Virus record (IMG/VR): IMGVR_UViG_3300043570_000570
Location: 1-64,000 of that record
Direction: 5' to 3' (one strand)
DNA: 64,000 bases
DNA from: a virus
Both the position numbers and the translations under genes were made by a program. A model generated the notes under the pieces. That model saw nothing but the letters and a program-made list of their open reading frames with translations, did no database searches and was not told where the DNA came from. Positions 38,304 to 48,972 of this stretch are shown here, in pieces. Positions within the stretch are counted from its first letter, which is position 1; each line of letters opens with the position of its first letter.

Positions 38304-38699
38304 TTAAGTTAGTGTTAGTAAGTATAGAGTCTCAGTAATAAGACCAATAATCTCATCAATGATGTTTTGGATGTGAGTGTTTTCCATACCCAGTACTCCT
38401 CTGTGTTTGAAGACGTAATCTTTCATGTAGGTTAAGTGAGTCTTAGAGTTCATGTATTCAGATGCAGGGATCTTAATGTTAAGACGTTTTCCTACAGTAC
38501 CAAAGTACGATTCAGTAAGCGAATCAATAAGGTCAAGAATTCCATCATAATAAGAATTCAAAGCTTTGTGTTCTGAAAACGAAGTACTTTGAAGGTGAGT
38601 CAAGTGCATCATATCACGTGACTGAAACAATTGGCCGATAAAAATCTCAGGTTTAATTGTTGTGAATAATTCTTTTTCTTTCATGTTGAAATTGCTCAT
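38304..38699 (-). CDS. Ferritin/Dps-like four-helix protein (DUF5856-like)
   Basis: H..HLQ..SFSEHKAL..YYD....D...E.Y.G and NIIDEI......TLYLL motifs. Confidence 0.75.
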   Translation of the reverse strand: MSNFNMKEKELFTTIKPEIFIGQLFQSRDMMHLTHLQSTSFSEHKALNSYYDGILDLIDSLTESYFGTVGKRLNIKIPASEYMNSKTHLTYMKDYVFKHRGVLGMENTHIQNIIDEIIGLITETLYLLTLT

Positions 38700-38717
38700 G
38701 GTTTGGTTAGAGTTTAA

Positions 38718-41700
38718 TTATGGATTGGTTTGTGTTATTTGTATGGTGTTGATAAACTTAAATCTAGAGTAAGCATCTTGTATAAGTCTTATCTTAGCAA
38801 AGTCTGATTTAATTTTATTCTTCTGATAAGATACAGACACAGGTCTTACACTTTTTGTATTTGGAACCTTATCAATTGGATACTGAGTTACTAGATCTCC
38901 CCATTGAGTTGACCAAAGTGGTTGTCCATTTCCTTGCGCTGCAACGTTCCAAAATCCATTAAAGGTATAAAGCTGTTCTCTGCGAGAGATAAGAGCTTCT
39001 ATGCCCGTTGCTGTCATTCTAGGATAGGTTATCTTTTGTCTAGTGTTACCGAACTCTTCAGGAATCAACTTAATAATACCAGAAGACTGTTCTTTGTTAT
39101 AAATAATCGCCTTAGTAAAGTTTGCTAAGTTCTTTTTGTTTGCGGTAGACAAAGAGTAGTACTCATAATCAGAGTAGTATTCTTGAATGTCTTGCATCAA
39201 AGTAACAGAGTTGACTGTAGATACTTGAGGGAATGAATTTACATTATACTCTAGTATGTAAGGATACAAAATTCCGTAGTAAGTCTGATAAGTATAAACA
39301 GACAAATTATGATTCCAAATACTTGAACCTGTTCCTGTATTAATGATAGTTTGAAAGTGACCTAACAAAGGAACAAAGAAGTTAGGAAGGAAAGAATAGA
39401 ATGAAATAAAGTTTTTAAGTTTAGGAGAGTAGGCTACTGTCCAAGACTTATTCTCAAAGTATGTTGGATTAGTTAACTGAACTTCTATTCTTAAGTTTAT
39501 TTCTTGGTAATAAAATTTACGATCCTCATAAGTTATAATACCCACTAGATCTTTACGTGCTAGATAATCTAGTTTAGTAATAAACACTCTTTCATATCTT
39601 TCATCCCATCCCATTACAATGCCTAATCCTGATTGTGGATTATCTATGTCTGCATCAGGAAAGTCCTTAAGGATATTAAAAGGTAAATTATTTTTAAACC
39701 AGTTAAAGTTATTCTCTGTTTTAATCTCGTTAAACCCTTCTCCTGTAATTTGATAAATGTGACCACGCTTAGCGTCTACCCAGAATGTTCCGAACTCGCA
39801 CTTAACATAAGCTTTGTGTTGAGTTCCTATGTAACCTAGATCTGTCTTAGAAAGTTCTACAGGTTTTTGTTTGAACATTTCTGCATTACCAATCTCTAAC
39901 TGATAAGGAGAGGTAGTGCTTAGGGTAATACGAGAGTTGTATACTTTAGTTGTATTTTCAAATCTAGCATATACTCTTTCGTTCTCTCCTGCATTCAAAT
40001 CTATTAAGCGACCTCCTTGTTTAGGAAAATCATAAAAATTACCAGGACGGAATACTCTCCAAGCATCTGAAAGATAGTTAGAAGCATTTGCAGGATCTGA
40101 ATAGATAACTCTGTTCTGATGGTAGGTAAGACACTCTAAAGAAGGATACTTTAATCTGTAAGGTAAGTTAGGACTTAAGTTCTGTGCAGAGTAAGTAGCA
40201 TTGTAGCTGTAGAAGTTGTCAAACTTAATAGGTACGTTTACTTCATGCAACCAATCATCAGGAATACCATCTCCTACGTTAGGGTAGAAGTTTTCTTCTA
40301 GATCATTTCTTCCATGACGTAAGTCTACGTTAATATCAGACTCTACATAAAATACAGGAATACCATAAGACGCTGTATAGAATACTCCCTTTTGATAAAA
40401 AAATCTATTAGGATCTGCATCTAAGTTATTTTTCTTTACGAACAAACTGTATATAGATGCCAGTGTTCCTGAGATAAATGCATTAAGTGTTACTCCACTA
40501 GTTGCTCCTCCAAATACTGCAGGAGACGCCAATAGTGTAGTTAACGCTGCTCCTACTCCTGTAGCAAGACTTGAAGCAATTCCCGCATTTATTTCTTCAG
40601 GAGACTCTCCTATATAATACGTAGGATATCCTAAGTTAGGATAAAGCCAATAATCAAAAGGAACATTATTTACTTTAGCAGGAAGGTTCGCTAAGTTACG
40701 AGTAAAGAAAGAATGTTTACGTTTAAGAGCAAACTTATTAATATAAGTATCTCCGCCAAATGCAGGATAATACTTCTTAAGAATCTTTGCTGTGCCATTT
40801 AAACTTGTAGTTACATCAACAATGTATCCTGTAGATACATATCTAATGTTTTCTATCTGTCCATACTGATTTGGAAACTCACGTTTAATAGAAGCATAGT
40901 AAGCTCTTGTATCGCTTTCTGTTACTTTTTCTGGAGTGTCTTCTAGATTATTTTCTCCTATTGTATAACGACTAGTATCTTGAATAAAAGGATACTCATA
41001 AGAAAAACCAGCACTTGTCTTAAGGTAAACTGAAGTCTCTCTTAGGCGATTATGTAAAGGTCTATCATCGTTTAATTCTACTATCTTATCATTAGCGTAT
41101 AATCCAATATCTAAGAAACGTCTTCTGTTACCCCTAGTAGTGATAGGTCTAAAACTTGTGTACTTACCTACTGAGTTAAACTGATAAGCAAAGTTTGTAT
41201 TAGGAATCAGTCTTTCTATTAAATCTATAAATATTTGATTGTTGGTTAGGATTGAAAGACCATCTGTTTTTAATTTAGTATTAGGATCAACTGCAGAAGC
41301 TGTAGTTTCAAAGGCTAAAGAAAGTGCATCTGCTAAAACAGCAGACAAACCGTAATCAGCTTTGGTTAAGAATTTATACTGAGGATGATCTAATACAGGC
41401 ATAAACTTTCCTTGCACTTTACCAAACTCTAATGTTTCTATTTTAAGTTCTGTTCCAATCTTAGGAAGTTGGAAGTGTGTGTCAGGTGAGTGAAATGTGT
41501 ATCTAGATCCAATAGTGTTAAATCCTTTGTGGGGACCCATTCCTGGGATGTTGTCATTCTTTTCTCCTCTGTCTGCTGCGTTGTACCAATCTGGACTAGA
41601 CTTAATATAACCATCTTCCCTGATATCATTGTAAGGATAGTTAGGATAGTAAAACTTCTTACCAGATTCAACATCTTCAAAAGTTCCTACATCATAAATA

Positions 41701-43730
41701 AGACCTTTAGCAATTACTGACTTATTGTTTACACGATTACCTCTTACTAATTCATAACCACAGATAAGTTCCTTAACAGGGATCTGATTATTACCGTAAG
41801 TATTTAAAGGATCGTATACTGTAAAGGTATTTAAATACCCTTCAAAGTCACTCTCAAGAATACGTACTCCAATAGGGTAAATTAAATCTTTACTGTCTGC
41901 ATGTATGTGAGAAATTGCATTCTCAGGAAACTTATGAAATCTTATAGGTTGTTCAGCTAGTGCTCCCCATACTTCTGTGTAACAAGGATAAGTCTCAGTA
42001 GACTCCCAGTAAGCAAACTCTCCTGAGTCTTTTACAGTAATCTTACAACTGTACTGAGCTTCTTGTATAGAAGGTTCATTACTAGGAGGTGTAAGTCCTG
42101 CAGTAGCTGTGTTATATACTTTCCAAGTAGGTAGATCTTTTTCTACAATACAATCATTGGGAACAGTAAATACGTCTAAACTAGATCCCTTAGATAAAGT
42201 ATTTGTATCAGAACCAGAAGCAACTCTTCCTGGAATATGGAATACATCTGTATACTTTCCGTTCTTTAATCTAAACTTAATTCCGAATGGATAAACTTCA
42301 TCTCTTTGATATGTACGGAAGAAGTATGCAATCTCTGGATTAGAGTAATCAAACTTACTATCAGCAGGCATCTCTACGGTTTCCCAACGTAACTTAATAT
42401 TGTTTGCAAGTAACTGAAAGTTATACTTAGGCGTTTCTGTTAAATCCGCTAACATTAACATGTCAGTTTGCTTATCAATAATCCCTGCACTATCATAGTG
42501 AGGACTGCGAATAAGAGGAACAATAGAAGAGAACGTAGAAGAATAATCTCCTGTATAGATTAAAGAATCTTTATTTGTAGTTTGGTTAACTCTATAAGTA
42601 CCTACTAGTTGGTATGTAGTTACTTGATTTATGTTTTCAGCTACTACTAGATTAAAGTAATCAAAAATAGCAGTACTGTGTTCTATAGCAACTCGGATAG
42701 ATTTAGAAGTCTCGTATTCAGTTTGCTCAGTAATAGACCTTTCAAAGATTGGGATAGGATTACAAAAGTCTACATAATCAGTAAGTTCTTTTCCATTCTC
42801 ATCTGCATAAGCAATAGAAAAAGAATATACTCCTCCTTTTAATACTCCTCCTGAGTTAACAGAAGTTGGATAGATATCTGCTTGACAGAAATCGGGAAAT
42901 AACTTTAGTCTTTCACAAGAGTCAGTTAAACAATCAGCCAATACTCCGCACTGATCTTTGCCATAAGGTTCTTCCAATGAGAAGAATCTAGGACTAATGT
43001 TCTTTGCAATAAAATAAACTTTGGTATTACAGTTGTCTATACGGTACTCAGAATATACAGGATAGTCTGGACTTAAGCCTAAACAACACTTACTAGACTT
43101 AGGTACACAAATTCCCTGAGATATAAAACGTTCAGAAACAATACCTGTGTCTGGAGTTAGAGTGTATTTATCTTTTCTAGCTCTAAATACTCCTACTTGT
43201 CCCGCAGGAAAAGTAATATTAGTCTCTAAACCAGAACAATCTATATAATTTACTATGTAAGGAGAAACAGAAACACTCTCTACCGAGTATTCGTAACAGT
43301 CAGAACAATCACAACAGTTGTCTACAACTAAAGGAGTAAAAGTACAACAACCCTCAGCTAAGTCTACCGTACTAGATAGTGCAGTACCTGATACACAACC
43401 ACAATCTTTTTCACTTTCTACCAGACTAGTACAGTCTTTTCCTAAGTCAGTAACCTGTCCAATCAAAGAACGTCCATCTGGGTGTGCTAAGAAGACAATA
43501 AGTTTAGATTGTTCGGTAATACTTAATGTTCCTGTAATTTTAAATCCAGGATACAAGTTGACAAAATCATAACAGATCTGACTAGAGGATTCATTAGTAT
43601 AGGTAGTTGAGTTACCATCATGAGATTGAACATTTGCGTTTAAAGCAAACGTAATCATGTTCTCCTTTATCTGGTAGTTAACTGAATCTAAATTTAACCC
43701 AGCAGTATTCTGATTGATTTTATTCTCCAT
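38718..43730 (-). CDS. Tail stabilisation/muzzle protein
   Basis: 1670 aa; GLNLD N-terminus, YQRDEVYPFGI, FGGDTYI and SWTVAYS...FISFYSF.P motifs; follows the tail tubular gene. Confidence 0.75.
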   Translation of the reverse strand: MENKINQNTAGLNLDSVNYQIKENMITFALNANVQSHDGNSTTYTNESSSQICYDFVNLYPGFKITGTLSITEQSKLIVFLAHPDGRSLIGQVTDLGKDCTSLVESEKDCGCVSGTALSSTVDLAEGCCTFTPLVVDNCCDCSDCYEYSVESVSVSPYIVNYIDCSGLETNITFPAGQVGVFRARKDKYTLTPDTGIVSERFISQGICVPKSSKCCLGLSPDYPVYSEYRIDNCNTKVYFIAKNISPRFFSLEEPYGKDQCGVLADCLTDSCERLKLFPDFCQADIYPTSVNSGGVLKGGVYSFSIAYADENGKELTDYVDFCNPIPIFERSITEQTEYETSKSIRVAIEHSTAIFDYFNLVVAENINQVTTYQLVGTYRVNQTTNKDSLIYTGDYSSTFSSIVPLIRSPHYDSAGIIDKQTDMLMLADLTETPKYNFQLLANNIKLRWETVEMPADSKFDYSNPEIAYFFRTYQRDEVYPFGIKFRLKNGKYTDVFHIPGRVASGSDTNTLSKGSSLDVFTVPNDCIVEKDLPTWKVYNTATAGLTPPSNEPSIQEAQYSCKITVKDSGEFAYWESTETYPCYTEVWGALAEQPIRFHKFPENAISHIHADSKDLIYPIGVRILESDFEGYLNTFTVYDPLNTYGNNQIPVKELICGYELVRGNRVNNKSVIAKGLIYDVGTFEDVESGKKFYYPNYPYNDIREDGYIKSSPDWYNAADRGEKNDNIPGMGPHKGFNTIGSRYTFHSPDTHFQLPKIGTELKIETLEFGKVQGKFMPVLDHPQYKFLTKADYGLSAVLADALSLAFETTASAVDPNTKLKTDGLSILTNNQIFIDLIERLIPNTNFAYQFNSVGKYTSFRPITTRGNRRRFLDIGLYANDKIVELNDDRPLHNRLRETSVYLKTSAGFSYEYPFIQDTSRYTIGENNLEDTPEKVTESDTRAYYASIKREFPNQYGQIENIRYVSTGYIVDVTTSLNGTAKILKKYYPAFGGDTYINKFALKRKHSFFTRNLANLPAKVNNVPFDYWLYPNLGYPTYYIGESPEEINAGIASSLATGVGAALTTLLASPAVFGGATSGVTLNAFISGTLASIYSLFVKKNNLDADPNRFFYQKGVFYTASYGIPVFYVESDINVDLRHGRNDLEENFYPNVGDGIPDDWLHEVNVPIKFDNFYSYNATYSAQNLSPNLPYRLKYPSLECLTYHQNRVIYSDPANASNYLSDAWRVFRPGNFYDFPKQGGRLIDLNAGENERVYARFENTTKVYNSRITLSTTSPYQLEIGNAEMFKQKPVELSKTDLGYIGTQHKAYVKCEFGTFWVDAKRGHIYQITGEGFNEIKTENNFNWFKNNLPFNILKDFPDADIDNPQSGLGIVMGWDERYERVFITKLDYLARKDLVGIITYEDRKFYYQEINLRIEVQLTNPTYFENKSWTVAYSPKLKNFISFYSFLPNFFVPLLGHFQTIINTGTGSSIWNHNLSVYTYQTYYGILYPYILEYNVNSFPQVSTVNSVTLMQDIQEYYSDYEYYSLSTANKKNLANFTKAIIYNKEQSSGIIKLIPEEFGNTRQKITYPRMTATGIEALISRREQLYTFNGFWNVAAQGNGQPLWSTQWGDLVTQYPIDKVPNTKSVRPVSVSYQKNKIKSDFAKIRLIQDAYSRFKFINTIQITQTNP

Positions 43731-43735
43731 TAATC

Positions 43736-44572
43736 TTATTGAATATGGTATTTGATAAAGCGATTACGCATCTTAACTACGTTATCTGCCATTTGCTGTT
43801 TAGTGTAAGTCAACAAGTAACCATTAGCTGCTTGTAGTTTACTCAATTGATCTTGTCTGTAGTACTGAAACTTAGCTTCTACTTGACGTTGACTCTCGTC
43901 TACTACTGAATGCCAAAGTTGTTCAAAAAACTTAAACTTAAGATAAGACTTGATATACTCTTCAACTTCAAGAACTTCTGGCACCATAGGTAGGTTATCA
44001 TCGTCCATTGGACGTGAGAAATATCTAACGTATATGCAACCAGTTTCAAACGTAGATGTAACAGTTTTATTAGGATGGATTTGAATAACATCATTTGAAG
44101 AAGTACTAATGTTAGGACAGTCTTCAACACATAGTGCTTTAGATCCGTAGTAAACCTTAATCCAAGTAGGTTCTCTCATTGTAATCTTAAAGCCAGGAGT
44201 AGAAACAGATACTGTTTCATACATCTCTTCTTTAAGTCCACAATCTGTACAACCATCAGTACACTGAATTGATTTGTACCAAGAACCTTTTACAGAGTTA
44301 ACCCCCTGAGACCAGAAGATCTCAGAGTCATAATATATAGCATAGTCTAATAGCCCAAAGTCGCAAGGAAGTTCTGACTTGTAATCGTGAAAAGACAAAA
44401 CCAATTCTTCTGGTTTTAAGACCATGACTCTAAGTTTACGAAGTGCTTGGTCTACATAGGTAGGAATCATCACTTCACTTATTGCACCTGCCTCAAAGTA
44501 CGACTTTAACTCCTGCTTTACTTCCGCAATTAGGGGCTCAGATGAAATAAAGTTAGTGTTATCGTAATTCAT
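43736..44572 (-). CDS. Tail tubular/ring protein
   Basis: F.TG.IYV.Y...P.DDDNLP.VP motif; crAss-like synteny. Confidence 0.7.
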   Translation of the reverse strand: MNYDNTNFISSEPLIAEVKQELKSYFEAGAISEVMIPTYVDQALRKLRVMVLKPEELVLSFHDYKSELPCDFGLLDYAIYYDSEIFWSQGVNSVKGSWYKSIQCTDGCTDCGLKEEMYETVSVSTPGFKITMREPTWIKVYYGSKALCVEDCPNISTSSNDVIQIHPNKTVTSTFETGCIYVRYFSRPMDDDNLPMVPEVLEVEEYIKSYLKFKFFEQLWHSVVDESQRQVEAKFQYYRQDQLSKLQAANGYLLTYTKQQMADNVVKMRNRFIKYHIQ

Positions 44573-44583
44573 GTTTTTATATT

Positions 44584-45075
44584 TTAAGACTGTATGTCTA
44601 TTTTGTTTTCTCTTATAGCTTGCGCTAGTACTGCTTTGTGTTTGTTAGACACTCTTAAGTCATAAAAGCCAAACTGTACTACCCTCTTATAGTAAGGATA
44701 CAAGTGAAACTTATAGACGGCACCATTGGTATGTGTGTTTCTATAAGGCACTTTGACACCAGTTTCGTGGTAGAGTTTCCAGTTAATAATCGTATGTTTA
44801 GCTTTTGGAATTGCATTTTCTGTCTTTACAACTTTAATGGAACCTAAGTTTGGAAATCTAATTGCGTATCTACCACGTAACAATCTCTCCATAAGTTTTA
44901 AGTGTATCCTTTTAGGAATGCCACAAAATTCTTTGTAGGTGATATCTTTACGTTTGGTTTCTCTTAAGAACATTTCGTAAGCACCAAGACAGACATAGTT
45001 CGTATCTGAAGCTGTGTCTTTCTCTTTTTGTCTTACTTTGGGTTGCTGGTTTTTTCTTATAAAGTCTTTCGACAT
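44584..45075 (-). CDS. crAss-type IHF/HU-like protein
   Basis: Basic; FPNLGSIKV, INWKL..ETG..V...N.HT.G motifs; lies between ring genes. Confidence 0.65.
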   Translation of the reverse strand: MSKDFIRKNQQPKVRQKEKDTASDTNYVCLGAYEMFLRETKRKDITYKEFCGIPKRIHLKLMERLLRGRYAIRFPNLGSIKVVKTENAIPKAKHTIINWKLYHETGVKVPYRNTHTNGAVYKFHLYPYYKRVVQFGFYDLRVSNKHKAVLAQAIRENKIDIQS

Positions 45076-45077
45076 AA

Positions 45078-45719
45078 TTAGTTGGGTTCGTCTCTGTTGT
45101 TATCTTCCAAGTCTTGAGGGATTCTTTGATAGTTCATCAATGACTGAGTACACATTTCAATTAATGCGTCTGTTAGATAACCTGGGAACTTAAATTGTTT
45201 ATCATACATACTCATGCATTCTGTACCATCTAAGTCTTCTATAGACTCAGTGAAGTAAGCGTACATATTAACACACTCTACGTCAGGATCTAAAACATAC
45301 AAATATCCATTACGAATGGTGTAGTATTTTTTAGGGGTCTTAAAACGTAAGCGGGTATGATTGATGTAATCTCTAATAGTCGTGGGGAAAAGTTCTTCTG
45401 AGTTCGAAGTATTGAATACCCCCTGAATGAAATATGAATATAAACCTTCATCTATGTTTGGTAGTTTGTGTTTGGTTCTACGGATAGGACAATTTAAATC
45501 ACACTCCGATCCCTTAGCTTCAATCAAGTGTACACACTCATATGATTGATAAACATTATCTGAAGTAAGCAACCTTCTCAAATTGATCTCTCTACGTAGT
45601 AAAGTAGCTGCTTTTGTTTTTAATAAACCATAAATATAACGATCAGTGATTAAGTCATCGTCACTAACAAACTTGTTAGCACTCTTAACTCTACCGATTA
45701 ATTCTGAATTTGTGTACAT
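45078..45719 (-). CDS. Tail ring/adaptor protein
   Basis: SDDD.ITDR.I, RTKHKLP, NGYLYV, D..F.FP and IPQD..DN motifs. Confidence 0.65.
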   Translation of the reverse strand: MYTNSELIGRVKSANKFVSDDDLITDRYIYGLLKTKAATLLRREINLRRLLTSDNVYQSYECVHLIEAKGSECDLNCPIRRTKHKLPNIDEGLYSYFIQGVFNTSNSEELFPTTIRDYINHTRLRFKTPKKYYTIRNGYLYVLDPDVECVNMYAYFTESIEDLDGTECMSMYDKQFKFPGYLTDALIEMCTQSLMNYQRIPQDLEDNNRDEPN

Positions 45720-45755
45720 CTCAGGATATAGTTTGGGTTAATTTAAGGTTCATTA

Positions 45756-45786
45756 CAAATATAATTTAATTTTAAGTTTAAGTCAA
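45756..45786 (-). promoter_or_regulatory. Promoter for the tail operon
   Basis: TTG-N20-TATATTTG. Confidence 0.65.
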
Positions 45787-45796
45787 GGGTTATTTT

Positions 45797-45833
45797 AAAA
45801 CTAGAAGAGCCCACTTTCGCAGGCTCCTACTAG
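45797..45833 (-). terminator. Possible intrinsic terminator
   Basis: Imperfect CTAG..GAGCC/GGCTC..CTAG stem followed by TTTT. Confidence 0.4.
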
Positions 45834-45878
45834 CAAGATGACAGGAAAACCAACCAAAAAATCCTGCCAAGATTTTTA

Positions 45879-47762
45879 TTAAATTGCTGCGTAAGAATTT
45901 CCTCCGATAAATATCTCAAGAGATTCTCCAACAGCTAAAGATATTGGACTTGCAGGGTTATTCAATTCTATCGTTAAGTCACTACCATTTATGTAACATA
46001 CACCTTGATACACAACAGTCGAGTTAGTACCTGAAGTTGTTGCATACTTAAGAATCAATACGTTAAATACTGGAAGGTATAGAGGAAGATATCCTGCAGG
46101 AACTGTTGCAAAGACTAAAGATTGACCGTGTGCCCAAGCAAAAGAACCTGAAGCATTTACAGCCAAACTTCCAACGATTGTAATTGTTTTACCAAACTTA
46201 GATACTTTAGGCAAAGATCCACTTGGGAATCTTAAAGAAGGAGCAACTACTGCATTGGTTAAAGTTCCTGCAACTAAATTAACTGCTGTAGCCGTTCCAC
46301 TAGATCCAGAAGACTCTAAGTTAATAGTTACATTACCTGCATTATCAGCACGAGTAATAGACACTGTTCCTCCAGTAGAAGTAAAGATAAGTTCTTTATT
46401 TACAAACTCAGAACCATTCCAGAACAAAGTATGGTAGGTTGCAGGAGAACTTGTAGTTACATCAGACAGAGCAGAGATAGAACAAGTACTCAATTGAGAG
46501 CAAGCAAATCTTACTCCTGAAGCCAAAGCTACATTTAATCCGTCTGCATCACTCGTAGCAACAAAGTCACTAGAATTTAATTTAAGTTTTAATCTACCTA
46601 AAGTAGAAACGATCTTTCCTAATTGGTTAATTAGTGTATCTGAACTGTTAGTAAAACCAAAAGTATAACCGTAATAAGGAGTTGATCCAAAGTTTGTAGC
46701 CCAAGTTAAAGCATAACTAGAAGCAGGTATAGAAGCTAAGGTAGTATTAATTGCACAGATCTGACTTGTAAACAAGATAGCTGCTGCAGCTAAAGTGCTA
46801 GTTGCTGATCCTCCTGTAATACATGAAGTATTAATAGATGCTGGAACAGAACCTCCGCCAGCTACATAAAGTTTAAGATCGTTAGCTGTAACAGTTACAG
46901 TACCAATATTAGTGTTTTGCAAAGTATGCATACCACACATGTTAGTAGTAACCCAGTTAATATAATCCGAAACTACAGTGGTAGAAGGCTTAGTAGTAAA
47001 TGAGTAAGAGATACAAGGATTGTTTACAACCCCAGTCATATCTACACTTGTGTTAATAGAACAGATTTTTGTTCCGTAAGCAGTCAAGATTTGACTTAAA
47101 GTAGAAGTACCTGAAGTAATCCCAGATACACAAGCTGCAACAAACGTAGGAGTTTCTAAAGCAAGAGTCCTAGTATTCAAAGAACATAAAGCAGCAGAGG
47201 TAGCTTCAGTGAACTGTTGTGCAGTTGTAATAGCTGTTCCTATACCTGTTAAAGCTCCTCCTACACGTAGACAAGAGTAGTTGAACCCAGAGTAGTTAAG
47301 ACCTACTGAGGTAATCGTACAAAGTCTTTGGTGTAAGTTAGTAATAGCTTGATCTAAAGTACTAGTAGTAGAAATTAAAGCTGCTAAAGATGTAACAGTT
47401 AAAACTAAGTCGTTAGCAGTAGTAGCTCCACCTAACGCTGTACCTAATATTGTAATAGTATCGTTTACTGTATAAGAAGATCCTGAAGATACAATAGTAA
47501 CAGTGTAAACAGTAGATCCAACAGTTCTAGTTACTTTAACTTGAAGTCCACTACCTGTTCCACCCGCAGGTGTTAAGGTCACTTCAGTTGTGGTTAAAGG
47601 GGGTACTGCTGTACCTGTAAAAGTAAGTGTACCTACTCCCCCTGTAGCACAGTACAAAGGAGAACCAGAGTAAGTAATACACTTACCGTAGTTCGTTGAA
47701 AGACATCCTACTTCAGCGCAGGGTGTGTATATAGTTCCAGTGCAATCAATACAAGTAGACAT
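45879..47762 (-). CDS. Cys-rich fibre protein
   Basis: 627 aa, T/S/G-rich; repeated C...IC.IN units; C-terminal beta-sandwich like fibre tips. Confidence 0.65.
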   Translation of the reverse strand: MSTCIDCTGTIYTPCAEVGCLSTNYGKCITYSGSPLYCATGGVGTLTFTGTAVPPLTTTEVTLTPAGGTGSGLQVKVTRTVGSTVYTVTIVSSGSSYTVNDTITILGTALGGATTANDLVLTVTSLAALISTTSTLDQAITNLHQRLCTITSVGLNYSGFNYSCLRVGGALTGIGTAITTAQQFTEATSAALCSLNTRTLALETPTFVAACVSGITSGTSTLSQILTAYGTKICSINTSVDMTGVVNNPCISYSFTTKPSTTVVSDYINWVTTNMCGMHTLQNTNIGTVTVTANDLKLYVAGGGSVPASINTSCITGGSATSTLAAAAILFTSQICAINTTLASIPASSYALTWATNFGSTPYYGYTFGFTNSSDTLINQLGKIVSTLGRLKLKLNSSDFVATSDADGLNVALASGVRFACSQLSTCSISALSDVTTSSPATYHTLFWNGSEFVNKELIFTSTGGTVSITRADNAGNVTINLESSGSSGTATAVNLVAGTLTNAVVAPSLRFPSGSLPKVSKFGKTITIVGSLAVNASGSFAWAHGQSLVFATVPAGYLPLYLPVFNVLILKYATTSGTNSTVVYQGVCYINGSDLTIELNNPASPISLAVGESLEIFIGGNSYAAI

Positions 47763-47765
47763 AGT

Positions 47766-48293
47766 TTATGGGCAGCAGGTACAAAGTTTAGTAATAATAG
47801 TTCTAAGCAATCCTCCAAGATCAGTAGGTAAACCTGTACCACAAGGATCATCACCTAAACATTTAGTTTTCAAAAAAGCAATAAAATCAGGACTTAAAGG
47901 AAGATTTTCCCAGTAAACATTACCCTTGTTGGTATTAATGTCTCCTGCAGAAAGGTAATTCATACGAGAACGCAACTCACAAATAACTCCTAGAAGTTTA
48001 AGTACCACTTCAGAAGAGTAATACTTATCGTCTTTTACTGTAAGACCAGTTGTAGAAATTACGGAAGTAAGTCCACATGCTGTATTAGCATTATCAAATG
48101 CAGTTTTATTTAATCCTACACGAACATCTAAGTTAACTACCTTATCATCCAATAACTTAAGCAAGTCATTCAGGTAGGGATCACAAGAGTCAAAAGAATC
48201 AATCAGACCTCCTGTAGTAGGAGTACCTGTATACTTTACGCACCCAGAAGGTACGATTTCTACACAGTTGTTATTAGGGCAGCAGTTAGTCAT
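47766..48293 (-). CDS. Cys-rich structural protein related to the N-terminus of 45879..47762
   Basis: C.......CVKYTG motif shared with C......KCITYSG; ends KLCTCCP. Confidence 0.6.
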   Translation of the reverse strand: MTNCCPNNNCVEIVPSGCVKYTGTPTTGGLIDSFDSCDPYLNDLLKLLDDKVVNLDVRVGLNKTAFDNANTACGLTSVISTTGLTVKDDKYYSSEVVLKLLGVICELRSRMNYLSAGDINTNKGNVYWENLPLSPDFIAFLKTKCLGDDPCGTGLPTDLGGLLRTIITKLCTCCP

Positions 48294-48294
48294 T

Positions 48295-48483
48295 TTACAA
48301 TTTTATTTTAAGTGTTTGTGTAGTATCACATTCTAAACAGTGGGAGTACTTAAGCAATCTTGCTAATACTCTTGATTTCTTGTAATACGGTTTAGTTAAG
48401 TATTTAATATGCTGAAGCTCCTTGTAAGCAGCTGTAGCAAGTTTTTTCTTAACAGTCAAGCTCAAGTCTTCTGAGTAGGTCAT
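48295..48483 (-). CDS. Small hypothetical protein (track ORF 48295..48534; likely start 48483)
   Basis: ATG at 48483 minimises the overlap; CLEC motif. Confidence 0.5.
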   Translation of the reverse strand: MTYSEDLSLTVKKKLATAAYKELQHIKYLTKPYYKKSRVLARLLKYSHCLECDTTQTLKIKL

Positions 48484-48955
48484 CGGCTTTCTTATATAAT
48501 TCGGTAGCTTTTGTAGGGTTGCATAAGTCAGCATGTGCTTCGGCTCCCTTTAACAGAAACTCAATCTTGTCTAAGTAATATAACATCTTCTCATCATCAC
48601 AGCAGTCTACATATTTAGCCCATTGTGTAGCAAGACGACAATCAATCTTACAAGTCCTTAGGTGATGTCTAGAGTTAACTCCAGTATCAGGACAGGTTGT
48701 TATAACTAATGAATATACACCATCTGGTAATTCTGTAAATCCAGAAGTAGCTGAAGTCGTAAAGCCAAAAGAATAAGAGTTATAAGTATTGGTTTCTCCT
48801 AATAAGAAAACAAACTCATAAGCTGAATCATAACCAGGAACTCCAATAAAAATACTTGCACTTGTAGGAGCTAGAGGATATACAGATGTGTCAATGATTG
48901 TTAAGTAAGAACAATTTTTAGCTTTTAATGCTTCTATATTTAGTTGTACATTCAT
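48449..48955 (-). CDS. Structural protein (tail hub/fibre-attachment-like)
   Basis: L.I.DTS.Y and LPDGVY motifs; Cys-rich helical C-terminus. Confidence 0.55.
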   Translation of the reverse strand: MNVQLNIEALKAKNCSYLTIIDTSVYPLAPTSASIFIGVPGYDSAYEFVFLLGETNTYNSYSFGFTTSATSGFTELPDGVYSLVITTCPDTGVNSRHHLRTCKIDCRLATQWAKYVDCCDDEKMLYYLDKIEFLLKGAEAHADLCNPTKATELYKKADDLLRRLELDC

Positions 48956-48972
48956 TTGTAGTTATTCTTTAA

